From Blepharisma stoltei ATCC 30299 (Eukaryota > Protista > Ciliophora), in assembly GCA_965603825.1 (NCBI GenBank), contig CBFDEM010000037.1, forward strand, positions 519,688 to 583,687: DNA of 64,000 bases, written 5' to 3'. Below the pieces are notes generated by a model, which saw only the letters and a list, made by a program, of their open reading frames with translations, was not told where the DNA came from and did no database searches. Below are positions 10,748-21,533 of this stretch, in pieces (within the stretch, counting starts at the first letter, position 1; every line of letters begins with the position of its first letter). Both the position numbers and the translations under genes were made by a program.

Positions 10748-11086
10748 ATATAAGGCCTGATCAATATGCCAAATATTTAATTAAAAGAAAATATTATCGA
10801 GGATTATATTGTCATATAAAAGTAAATTGCATTTAATCTTCAGGTCGAAATTTAAAAATCATGATTAAATTTATTATTTTAATGTCTTAAATTTTAGAAT
10901 AAATATTATTTGCAATTTAAGATAGCCCCATTTTAATATTAAAATACTTATTTTCAACCAATCATAAAGTAAACAAATTCAGACGAATTTTTCTGTATCT
11001 AAAGTTTGGTTAAATCAGTTAAAGAATATTTTTTCTTTCGCAAAAGCATTTATATGATAACTTAATAATAATAAAATTTGCTTATA

Positions 11087-11690
11087 ATGATAAGATCATT
11101 GCTTCACAAACAATTCCCAAGGTGCTTCTCCAGCTTCAAAAACGTGTCAGAAGAGGAATGAAAAGAACTAGAAAAAAAATCAATAAAATCAATGCAGATC
11201 TAAGTGTTATAAATAAAAACTTAATTTACCTGTCAGCTCAAACAATTACAACGAGTCATCTAGATGAATTTCAAAATGATATAGCATATAAAGTTCTCTT
11301 GGGGCTTATCTATGGGGCATTTGGTTTTGGTTTTTTATATTGGCAAATCTCAGCTCAAGGTGATAGCATTTATTCCAAAATTGAGAAAAAAGATGATAAT
11401 TTGTATAAAAATATTGAGAGAAAATTTGGAAACTTTGATAAAAATATTGAGAGAAAACTTGAAATTTTGGATGGAAAATCTGAACACTCGGATAAAAATA
11501 TTTATGGAAAATTTGAAAATTTGGATAAAACTATTGAGAGAAAATTTGAAAACTTGAATAAAAATATTGAGAGAAAATTTGATACGAGTGATTGAAACTT
11601 TAAATCTTTAGTGAAAAAATTGATTGAAAATTTAAATCATTAGAGTCAAAAATTGATCCAAGAATTGAAGATTTAAAATTAAAGCATTAA
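11087..11690 (+). pseudogene. TM + 11-residue-repeat coiled-coil protein with two apparent frameshifts
   Basis: ATG 11087 (MIRSLLHKQFPRCFSS) shifts at A8 11172-11179 into the 11122-11595 frame (TM VLLGLIYGAFGFGFLYW; 33-bp NLDKNIERKFE repeats). A second shift at A6 near 11614 restores KIDWKFKSLESKID. Confidence 0.55.
11395..11670 (+). repeat. 33-bp (11-aa) degenerate coding tandem repeat
   Basis: Recurring ataaaaatattgagagaaaatttgaaa-like units. Confidence 0.8.
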
Positions 11691-12664
11691 ATTCTTACCA
11701 TTAAAACAAAATCTAAAATTAAGATAAAATAACTGTCTTACATTTTTTAAACTTACTCAGTTGTGATCTCTATTGATCTGCTATTTTTATCCTTAGTTTT
11801 ATAAGATTCATACATGATGTATCGCTTAATGCCTACCTTTTATAGTTGACCAAATACATTATATTTTTCTTTTATATAGCTCAAATTTTATATTTAGTTT
11901 TCCAGTAAGAAGAATCCAAATAAAGTTTTCTTAAACAAAAAATTAAAAATTCATAAAAACAGCATGAATAAATTTATTAAGATAAATAAAAACTAAAACA
12001 AATATATCTAATAGTTCGCCAGCTTCCATGATTCCAAATTTATTTTAAATTAATAAAAAATCATTATAATTTTATTACTACTTATATATGATGCAACTGA
12101 AATTTGCATATCTCGACAATCCGTAAAACTTAATTTTAATATCAATATATTTTTATTTAGCTCTCTGTTGATAGGATGAATAATTTTATTGTAATATATA
12201 GTTTCAATTCATTTTTTAAAACATAGAAGTATTATATGAAGCCCCATTTTCTTATTAAAAAGTCAATTCTTAGCCAAGCTATATTTTGCAAACGAATCTA
12301 GAGTAGAAAATCAATAAAATTTATTCAGAAAATTAAAGAAATCTGGATAAGCCCCCTATTTATTAACAGATTAATTTCTAATATAGATTTCATATGGATT
12401 CTTTTTGTGCATATTTATACTTACCATATTTCAACCGTAGGAAATTGCAAAAACAAATCGATAAAATTAGCATTGAAAATAATATTCTCATTAATGATAA
12501 ATTTCAATGAAATAAATTCAAAACTTCTCGAATTGAAAAGCAAAATTAAATCAAGAATTGGTTCATTAATAAAAAATAAGCTAAATGGGCTATCCTTAAC
12601 ACCTTTTGACTAAATAATATGATGAATACAATGCTAAATTTTACTTTTTAAAAAATATTAACTA

Positions 12665-13615
12665 CTACTTATTGCTATTTACATGCGGCCCCATAACAAT
12701 AACAATTTGCGATACCTCAAAGTAGCTTTGTAAGGAGTATTTTTTCTTGATTGCTTGCAAAGGACTTCTTTCAGCTCCTTGCAGTAGAATACATAAATCT
12801 CTTGCGCATGGCTTTAATTCATTTTCTATATATGGCGTGTTATTTATAAGTGACTGCGGTCAAATATAGTCACTATTTAAAATTTTATTAGCCAGATACA
12901 CTGCAGACGCAGCAATCATCGACGGCTTATACCTCATACTTTTATAATCAATGATAGAAAGCTCAATCATATACCTTGCCAAGCAATACGCTCTTTCATT
13001 CATCTCTGAAACTCTTGCATACCTCTCTATAAATTTCAGCGGGCTCACAATTGTGATATTAAAATTCAATTTTTTCAAAATTTCCCTTTCCATCCAAAGA
13101 ACCTCTTCTTTTGTATAAGTATTATCAGTGATATATACAAAATCTTTTACTGATGGTGGATAAATTTCTTCATATTTAGAAGCTATTAGCATCGCAGCCA
13201 CTCCTAAAAGCTGCAATTTGCCTCTAAGAATCGACGTTTTTTCAAGGTACCTATCAATAAGATTAGCACACAAAAATAAAGTTTCAGGGAGAAGCTTAAA
13301 TTTTAAGTGGACTCCAACAAGCCAGTCAAGCAAAATCCCTCTCATCTTTTCATTGATATCAGTTTGGAATTTCATATAACCATATTGAGGAAGATATTGA
13401 CTTTCAATGCTATTAAGATAAGAAAAAATTTCTTTTGCGTAGTCACCAAGTCTTTGAGGGTTATGGGAGTCTGATGTATCTGGATCGAGCGGGCGAAGGA
13501 AATTTTTTGTGATCTCGGTGCCGAAGGAGCGGGAATTATTGAGAGAAAATTGAGGTTTTTCTTTTAAAATTGCGTTTTCTTTGTCTTCTAAGATTTTTGT
13601 GAGTTTTGAGTTCAT
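12665..13615 (-). CDS. Mitotic-type (A/B) cyclin, 316 aa
   Basis: Cyclin box MRGILLDWL, KLQLLGVAAMLIASKYEEIYPP; reads through TGA at 12860 (YIWPQSL) to TAG at 12665. Confidence 0.95.
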
Positions 13616-13694
13616 CTCGTTTTAATATTTTATTTAACTGTTTAACGGTCTTTTTATTAAAAAGATACTTTACCTTAATAAACTGTTAAATTTA

Positions 13695-14489
13695 TTATCT
13701 CTTTAAATGGGCATAATATCTATAAATCAAACGAAGTAGATCTTTATAAGCTTCATCGAGATCATCATTGGTAATGAAATGTGGGAAAACACTTGGATTT
13801 GACCTTGCTGTATTAATTTCTAATTCTGCATTTCTAAGCCTGATTCTTAAAGTGTCATCATTATCAGTTCCTCTTCCTCTCAGCCTATCTTCTAAATCTT
13901 TAATGGTTTTTGGCATAACAAAAACCCTATTAAACTCAATATTTGCATCATAAATTTTTATAGCGCCTTGTACATCAATATCCAAGATGCAGATTTTTCC
14001 TCTTGACTTGATATCTTCAACTGCAGCTTTTGAAGTCCCATAATAATTCTCGTGGACTTCTGCCCACTCAATGAAGTCTCCAGCTTCAATTTTTGACTTA
14101 AATTCTTCTTTTGTAATAAAATAATATTCAACTCCATTTTGTTCAGCACCTCTAGGCTTTCTTGTTGTGGATGAGATAGAGAATTCGAAAACCCCTGGGA
14201 ATTGGTTCATCAATGCTTTAATTAAAGTAGATTTTCCTACACCTGAAGGCCCAATTAAAGCTAGAGGGTTGAGCGATGGGGTTGGGCTAGATTTAGAAAA
14301 ATATTCACGAGCAAAAGTGGTTATGTCTTGAGGCTTATGATTCAGCAATTCAGTAATAAAATCGTTAAGGATCTGCTGAAGTTCTGGATGCTGAGTAATG
14401 TAATCATCTTGGATATGGGACAGCTGAATAACTCTTTCGTCGATAATTGAGTTTTGTTGGGCGTTTAAGATATCTGCTGGGTTCTCCAT
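13695..14489 (-). CDS. Guanylate kinase with N-terminal RIIa-like docking domain
   Basis: GPSGVGKST, SSTTRKPRGAEQNGVEYYF, ILDIDVQGA; N-terminal HPELQQILNDFITELLNHKPQDITTFAREYF. Confidence 0.92.
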   Translation of the reverse strand: MENPADILNAQQNSIIDERVIQLSHIQDDYITQHPELQQILNDFITELLNHKPQDITTFAREYFSKSSPTPSLNPLALIGPSGVGKSTLIKALMNQFPGVFEFSISSTTRKPRGAEQNGVEYYFITKEEFKSKIEAGDFIEWAEVHENYYGTSKAAVEDIKSRGKICILDIDVQGAIKIYDANIEFNRVFVMPKTIKDLEDRLRGRGTDNDDTLRIRLRNAELEINTARSNPSVFPHFITNDDLDEAYKDLLRLIYRYYAHLKR

Positions 14490-14549
14490 ATTATAATAAA
14501 CTATTTTATATTGATTTATTGGATTATAAAATTATTTAAAAACTATCAA

Positions 14550-15061
14550 CTACCTTTTAGAGAGCAGGTCTATGATTTTTTCTTCTAACTCCAAAGGTTC
14601 TTGTGTTGGTCCATAATAATCAACAATATATCCTTCTCTGTCCAACAGAAACTTTCCAAAATTCCACCCAATTAGCATTCCACGTAAGCGGGATTTTTTT
14701 CTTAAAAATCTACACAAACCGCATGCATTTTTCCCATTTACTTCAACTTCGCCAAAGTTTACATTTATTTGTTTTTTTAAATGTCCGGATTCATGTTTCT
14801 GTTTATATAGGCCCATTTCTCGGAATTGCTCACAAGGAAAGCCTAGAATGCAAAGGCCTTTTTCGCTATATTTTGTATAAAGCTCATTTAGCTGGCTTTG
14901 TTTTTACTTGCCAATTGGCAACCGCTCGCAATATTTACAATAATCATAACACTTCCAGAATATTTAGAAAATTTGATAGGATTATCCTCGCTATCAGGGA
15001 GTTCGAATTCATATATTGAATTTTGTTTGATGTCTGGCTCTTTACTGTCACTGCAACCCAT
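14550..15061 (-). pseudogene. Glutathione peroxidase (Cys-type) with a one-base frameshift
   Basis: MGCSDS..IVNIASGC in one frame; QLNELYTKY..ILGFPCEQF..WNFGKFLLDREG in the next; span 512 nt (3n+2); shift near 14895-14906. Confidence 0.75.
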
Positions 15062-15355
15062 AGAAAATTTGTATAGTGATTAATAAATTATTAAAAAAAA
15101 TTAAGCCTAAAAGAACTGTGAAAAAAACGAAAATGCCTCATAGAGCTCATGTATTATATAGAAATTTTATTAATCCTTATTATTATTTTATAAAAATCTT
15201 TTTTCTGTAAAAATAAATATATGAAATAATTAATCGATAAAATAATTAAGGCTTCAATATATCTTTTAGCTTAATTATTTTATAAATTTGCTATAATATA
15301 TTAAATATAATATATCAGAATCAAAATTATGTTTATTCTAATTTAAATAATTTAG

Positions 15356-16171
15356 ATGTCAGAGTCTCCACAGCTCAGAAATGAAAGTATCAAATTTGAG
15401 TGTTTGGCAGGCCGTATGATGCAAGTTGAAGGAAAAGTAAAGCCAGATCAGAGGAAGGGAAAAATAAGACTTAGTTTAGATGATCAAGGGATGATGCATT
15501 TTCAATGGATTGATCTGGCTACTGGGAACATTGAAGAAGATATAGTAGTATTTACTTTTGATGGATTCTATAAAGTTTTACAGACAAAAAGTAGAGTTTA
15601 TTTGCTTGAATACTCTGGAGAAAGAGCCTTCTATTGGTTTCAAGAACCAGATCCTTCAAAAGATCTAGACATCTGCAAATCTATTGACGACCTCATAAAA
15701 AATCAAGAAATCAACGATGATCCTGAGCCCGCTTCAATTCCAGAGCCTCAAAGACCTCAGCCCGACAACGCGAATCCTCTAGCTAAAATTTTAGCCCAAT
15801 TTTCTCAAGGACGTATCGAGCATACCCCATCCCTTGATAAAATTCTGACCCCAGAAGTCCTCGATTCTCTTTCTCAAGACCCTGAATTTCAAGAAGTTTT
15901 AATCCCGTATCCTTTACTCAGATATTTACCTGAAGGACAAAATTCAGCTGATTTTTTACGAGAAAATCTCCTTAGCCCTCAGCTTCAGCAAGCTTTAAAA
16001 GTGATTTCTGCTGCAATAAATAGCGAAGCAGGACTTGCTGTGATAAGTTCATTAGGACTTCATCAATACATTCCTCCCATGAATGAATACGGAGATTGTA
16101 AGAATTATTTAGTTATCGATGCTTTGATTAAAGCTATACAAAGGAAAGCAGACGCAAACAGAAGGGAATAA
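15356..16171 (+). CDS. RPN13: Proteasome ubiquitin receptor Rpn13/ADRM1, two 15-nt introns
   Basis: Pru-domain motifs AGRM..VKPDQRKG..HFQW..RVYLL..FYWFQEPD; C-terminal YLPEG..LLSPQLQQAL. Confidence 0.9.
   Translation: MSESPQLRNESIKFECLAGRMMQVEGKVKPDQRKGKIRLSLDDQGMMHFQWIDLATGNIEEDIVVFTFDGFYKVLQTKSRVYLLEYSGERAFYWFQEPDPSKDLDICKSIDDLIKNQEINDDPEPASIPEPQRPQPDNANPLAKILAQFSQGRIEHTPSLDKILTPEVLDSLSQDPEFQEVLIPYPLLRYLPEGQNSADFLRENLLSPQLQQALKVISAAINSEAGLAVISSLGLHQYIPPMNEYGDCKNYLVIDALIKAIQRKADANRRE
15907..15921 (+). other. 15-nt spliceosomal intron
   Basis: GTATCCTTTACTCAG, A at position 10; removal gives LIPYLPEG. Confidence 0.8.
16098..16112 (+). other. 15-nt spliceosomal intron
   Basis: GTAAGAATTATTTAG, A at position 10; removal gives GDFIDALIKAI. 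Confidence 0.8.
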
Positions 16172-16204
16172 TAAGTATTAGATTAGAGATTTCATTAATT
16201 AAAG

Positions 16205-16366
16205 CTATGTAAAGTCTTCTTCGTCGAAGAGATCGCCAAAGTCGTTCCAGAAACGAGCGTCGATAAGGTGGGCTGAGGTTTTTGACATCTCTTCGATATT
16301 CATGAAGTCTTCCTTGAGCTCAGGGTTGTATTCTTCATCAGTGTCATAATCTTTTTGAGAGTCCAT
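16205..16366 (-). CDS. COPS9: CSNAP/COPS9-like 53-aa acidic microprotein
   Basis: MDSQKDYDTDEEYNPELKEDFMNIEEMSKTSAHLIDARFWNDFGDLFDEEDFT-TAG; the C-terminus matches the CSNAP FFNDFEDLFDDDD pattern. Confidence 0.75.
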   Translation of the reverse strand: MDSQKDYDTDEEYNPELKEDFMNIEEMSKTSAHLIDARFWNDFGDLFDEEDFT

Positions 16367-16663
16367 TTATATTTATAACTTTTGGGAGATTGAAATTTGG
16401 GAATTATCGGATATGGATTTGATTTTAAGTATAAATTTTATTTGTCAGTATTGTTTAAATATTTTTCAATTCTTAAGGTTAAGTGTTATATGTAATGGAT
16501 TTTTTCATTTTAGTGCATTTTTTTCCCAAACAATTTATGTGGGTCGTTTTAGGATTGATAAATTCTTTAATGCTAATTTTGTAATATCTTGTTGCGGCAT
16601 TTAAATTATATGGAGTAACGCTCAATAACTATAATGCTGACTGCTTTTATTCACCATAAATAA

Positions 16664-16939
16664 ATGTTAAATAGCCGTGAAGGATTTTTAAGAAAACTCC
16701 AAGATGAAGTTAACCCTGGACAGCTTTTGAACAGCCAAGGAATAATGATGAATAGAATAGTCCGAGACCACAGACCTGAAAATAAAATTCTCCCAAGATC
16801 TGGAGCAAGTGAACCCAGTAACTTCAAAAAAAGGACTGGGGTAGAGATTCCCTCTATTCCTTCATTTAACGAAAGAAAAAAACTTAAAAGCATACAAAAT
16901 ACAGCTGAAATATCAGAAAAAATTGTAGATAGCATCTAA
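16664..16939 (+). CDS. Hypothetical 91-aa protein
   Basis: taaATG context, TAA stop, coding-like composition between AT-rich spacers. Confidence 0.55.
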   Translation: MLNSREGFLRKLQDEVNPGQLLNSQGIMMNRIVRDHRPENKILPRSGASEPSNFKKRTGVEIPSIPSFNERKKLKSIQNTAEISEKIVDSI

Positions 16940-17223
16940 CATATGTATTAGAAATTGTAATTAAAGAATTCATTTAGCAAATGGCCTTTTTTTAAGCACA
17001 AAGCATTTAATTATAATTAAAGTGATTTTAAAACACAAAATGAATTAAATTACAATAATTTCTGAATAAATTTACTGATATGCTTAAAACGAAAATAGGG
17101 ATTTTTTAGTTCATTTTAATTTTTTATAAGTGATAAATTTTAGCAGATGCTAAGAGCTAGCTTGTAGAAATTTTTTTATAATGATATAGTAATCACACAT
17201 ATTATTCCTTATAGCTTATAAAA

Positions 17224-18438
17224 ATGGAAAACAGGCTTGCTATTGATAAGCTCGGAATCAATATTCTTGATCAAATTACAGACTTTTTGGCACCTTTAGA
17301 GATTGTTAGCATTTTTGGTATAAACCGATCTTTCCACAAACTTTGAAATTCAAAAATACAACAAAAAATATTCCAAGCATTCCCAGACTTTACCTTGCAA
17401 ATGGATCCTAGAGAAAAATGGCTCCATCTTCAAATAAGAGTGACGTGTCAAAATAAAAATTACCCAAAAATTACAAAAATGACATCAGATAATAAAATAT
17501 ACGTCCTCGATATATCTTTTACGCCAGAGCCTGAGATTAAATTGTTCACAGATGGTCAAATAAATTTATGGAAGCCTGAGAGTCCTAATAAAAAAAATAT
17601 AAAATGTTCAAATATCTCAGAGTTAGAATATCCAATTCAAGCCTGTGGTTATGAAGATAACCATCTTGCATTACTGCTAGAAAATGGCAAGGTCAAACAC
17701 ATTTACAATAATGTAGAAGTAAATGATTTTCAAGTAAGAGGTATAAATTACGAAAAAATAACCCAAATGTTTTTCTTGCTGAAATGTTCGAGACTTGTCA
17801 TGCAGTGCTCGAAAAAAATTGTTTTTATGGATTATAATGGTAATATTTCCTTAAATATGAAACTTGGATTAATGGAAAAATATAAGGTAGTACCTTGGGC
17901 AAATGATGCATTTATTACAGTTATTAATGAAAATTTATTATATATTGATGATACTTGGGGAAGAAAATTGTTGTGCAATTATTCTGGCCCAGCTCTTAAG
18001 AGAACGCCTGATTTCTGAATTGATGAAGAATCAAAAAAATATGTATTTCAGACTGGAAAGAAAAATAGTGGTTGGGCTAAAAAAGTGAATGCAAATTGAA
18101 TAGATTTTGTTGAAAAAGGTACTAAAATGTTTAGGACTAAAGATCACCATTATATTTTAATTGATAGATACACACTTATAGATGAGTGTTGCAGCCATCA
18201 ATATAAGATTACACAAGATCTTGAAAACGTCTTACAGAATGGTGTTTACATTTTAACCCACTGCATAAGTCCACAAAATAATCAATTAATTCAGCTATTT
18301 ATAGAAGGAGAAACAAATCATATAGCTCTCAAGTGGCTGCCATACAATATCAATATTCTAAGCTTTGCTTTCCCTTATATAGTTTACTCAGCTGCTTTAG
18401 AAGAAGGAGATTTTGAGATAGGCATTCTAAAGTTTTAA
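17224..18438 (+). CDS. F-box-like family paralog 1 (404 aa)
   Basis: Open with UGA=Trp; N-terminal LGINILDQITDFLAPLEIVSIFGINRSFHKLW is F-box-like; paralogous to the next two genes. Confidence 0.7.
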
Positions 18439-18539
18439 TTTATTATTTCTTTAAACTTATAATCAGCATATAATTACTTGCAAATAATTTTAATTAATGA
18501 GTTTTATTGATACCAATTTGTTCTGTTTATATATAAATA

Positions 18540-19752
18540 ATGGAAAGAAAGCTATCAATTGAAAAATTCGGGATAAATATCATTGATGAAATAACAAACT
18601 TTTTATTACCTCAAGAAATTGTATGTCTTTTTGGTGTAAATCAGTATTTTCATAAACTCTGAAGCTCAAGAATTTCTAAAAAAATATTTAAAGCTCTTCC
18701 GAATTTTACTAAACAAATAGAACTTCAAGAGAGGTGATTGTATCATCAAATGAAAATGATGTGCCTAAATCATAATTATCCAAAAAACATAAAAATAACT
18801 TCAAGCCATTCCATATATGTTTTAGAATATTTATTCAACCCAAAGCCTGAATTTAAGTTATTTATAGATGGCCAAATAACTATTTGGAGACCTGAAAGTG
18901 AAAATCAAAAAATCACAACATATTCTGACCTCGCACACATAGAATTTGCTATTCATGCACATGCCTATGAAACTGAACATCTGGCATTAATGCTAACAAA
19001 TAATAGAATCAAACATATTTATAAAAATGAGGAAATCAACGAGTTTGATATTAGTGAATTTGGTTATTTGGCAATATCAAAAATGTTTTATTTGCCAAAT
19101 GCAAATTTTCTTATTTTTCAATGCCTTTCAGGGGATATTATTTATATGTCAAATAATGGAGAAATTATTTCAAATAGAAAATTAGGAGTTATACAAAAAT
19201 ATAAAAATTTGCCTTGAAAAAATGACTCGTTTGTAGCTATTATTAATAATAAATTTTTTCTTATTGAGCCGCACTCGATAAAATTATTATGCCAGTACTC
19301 AAAATCTGTTCTTGAAAAGCTTCCTGAATTCTGACTAGCAAAAGAAACAGAAAAACTTATAATCCACACTGGTAAGAAAAATAGTGGCTGAACGAGTAAT
19401 GCATCACTGAATTGAATTTTTACCTATAGGTAAAAAAGTGTTTAAAATACAAAACCATCTGCTTTTTATAAAAGATCAAAGCCGCAATCTAACAGATTCA
19501 TGTTGTGGATATAAATATAGAATTTTTCATAAAATCAAAAATATCTTTATTAATGGCAACTATATTTTAGTTCATTATATTAATCGATCTTATCATTGAA
19601 TTCAACTATTTATTGTTGGAGAAAAAGATGCAATTATTAATAAGCGAATTCCTATTTCCATTAAAGTAGTAAATTTTGCTTATCCTTATATTGCTTACTT
19701 AACTATTGGCTCTACGGATGGTCTTGCTGAAGTTGGTCTTTTTAAGTTTTAA
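18540..19752 (+). pseudogene. F-box-like family paralog 2, frameshifted near 19395
   Basis: Span 1213 nt (3n+1); 16 nt between GW and the next aligned W versus 21 nt in paralog 1; homology continues in the shifted frame to EVGLFKF-TAA. Confidence 0.7.
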
Positions 19753-20042
19753 TCAGAAATTTTAAAAGAAATTTATTTATCGAAATAATAATGCTCTTTA
19801 TATGTATTATGAATTTTGTAAATATTTCATTTTATAAGTGTTATCTATTAAAATTATATATTTTTAATAGTACGTCAAATGCATCAAAGTACTTAATTTG
19901 CCTTTCTTTTCATAAGTTATAAAAGCTTCCCTGAAAGGATAAGTCTGGTAGATCTATTTAGATTATATAAAATTTAATTTGTTGAGATTTAATAAACTAT
20001 TAAATTATGGTGCCATAATCTCAAATTATAAATATAAATAGA

Positions 20043-21236
20043 ATGGTAAAGCCGACATTTAAAGATTTTGGAATAAATATTATTGATGAAATAACAAACT
20101 TTTTATCAACTCAAGAAATTGTAAGTCTTTTTGGCGTAAACCAGTATACACATAAACTCTGAAACTCAAGAATTTCCACAAAAGTATTTGAAACTCGCCC
20201 GAATTTTACGATAGAAATAGAGCCTCGAGAAAGGTGATTATATCATCAAATGAAAATGATGTGTAAAAATAAAAATTATCCAATCAGCGTAAAAATAACT
20301 TCAAGCCATTCCATATATGTTTTAGAATATTTATTCAACCCAAAGCCTGATTTAAAGTTATTTATAGATGACCAAATAACTATTTGGAGACCTGAAAGTG
20401 AAAATCAAATAGTTGCAACACTTTCTAATTTTGCAGACATGGAATTTGCTATTCATGCATATGCCTATGAAGCTGAACATCTGGCATTAATGCTAACAAA
20501 TAATAGAGTCAAGCATATGCATAAAAATGAGGAAATCAACGAGTTTGAAATTAGTGAATTTGGCTATTTGGCAATATCAAAAATGTTTTATTTGCCAAAT
20601 GCAAATTTTCTTATTTTTCAATGCCTTTCAGGGGATATTATTTATATGTCAAATAATGGAGAAATTATTTCAAATAGAAAATTAGGAGTTATACAAAAAT
20701 ATAAAAATTTACCTTGAAAAAAAGATTCCTTCGTGGCAATCATTAATAATGAATTTTTATATATTGGGCCTCACTCTGCAAAGTTATTGTGCACTCCCAA
20801 TGAATCTGCGATTACTAATATTCCTGATTTCTGAATTGACAAAGAAACAGAAAAACTTATAATTCATATAGGAGAGAAAAATTGTGGCTGAATGAGAAAA
20901 GTCAAGCCTTGCGTAATTGATTTCATAGAAAAAGGCATAAAAATGTTTAAAACCCAAAACCACTCTTATATTTTAAATAAATATAATATACTCACAGATT
21001 TGTGCTGCGACCATCATTATCAACTTACACCAGGAGTTGAAAATATTTTTGCTGATGGCATCTACGTCTTAGCTACTTATATTAATTTTTTTCAACTATT
21101 TAGAATTGGAGAAAAAAACGACATAGCCACCAAACTGTTACCACCAAGCCTCAAAGTCCTTAATTTTGCTTATCCTTATATTTTATACTCAAATACGCAA
21201 AGCGGTGAAGCTGAAATAGGTATTTTCAAGTTTTAA
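20043..21236 (+). CDS. F-box-like family paralog 3 (397 aa)
   Basis: Open with UGA=Trp; shares near-identical blocks with paralog 2; ends EIGIFKF-TAA. Confidence 0.75.
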
Positions 21237-21260
21237 TTTACGAATTCTTGAGCTAAACTT

Positions 21261-21432
21261 ATTTATCTAAATAGACTAATAACATTCTTGGATTACTTAT
21301 TTTCCCTTCATTTTGTATACTATCTCGTTCACTTTGAAAATTTTGTAAATATTTTTGCAATTCTTTCAATGTCATTTATCAATGGCGGAGTGCCTTGGAT
21401 AAGCTTTAAAAAATAGATTTTTCGAATAATTA
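21261..21432 (-). pseudogene. Decayed duplicate of the last ~180 bp of the golgin gene
   Basis: Aligns by eye with 21532-21713 (caattctttcaa.gtcattt..ggagtgcctt..aaaatagatttttc) with substitutions and indels. Confidence 0.8.
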
Positions 21433-21533
21433 TATGACTTTAACCTTAAAAAAGAGAATTGCTGCATATGCATGATAAAATCTAATAAACAAATAAATAA
21501 AGTTTTAATTTTCACTTTTTAAAATAAATTTAT

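Noticed and set aside
14891-14906. 16-nt GT..AG (GTAAAAACAAAGCCAG, minus strand) as a GPx intron
   Set aside because: Removal does not restore the GPx frame.
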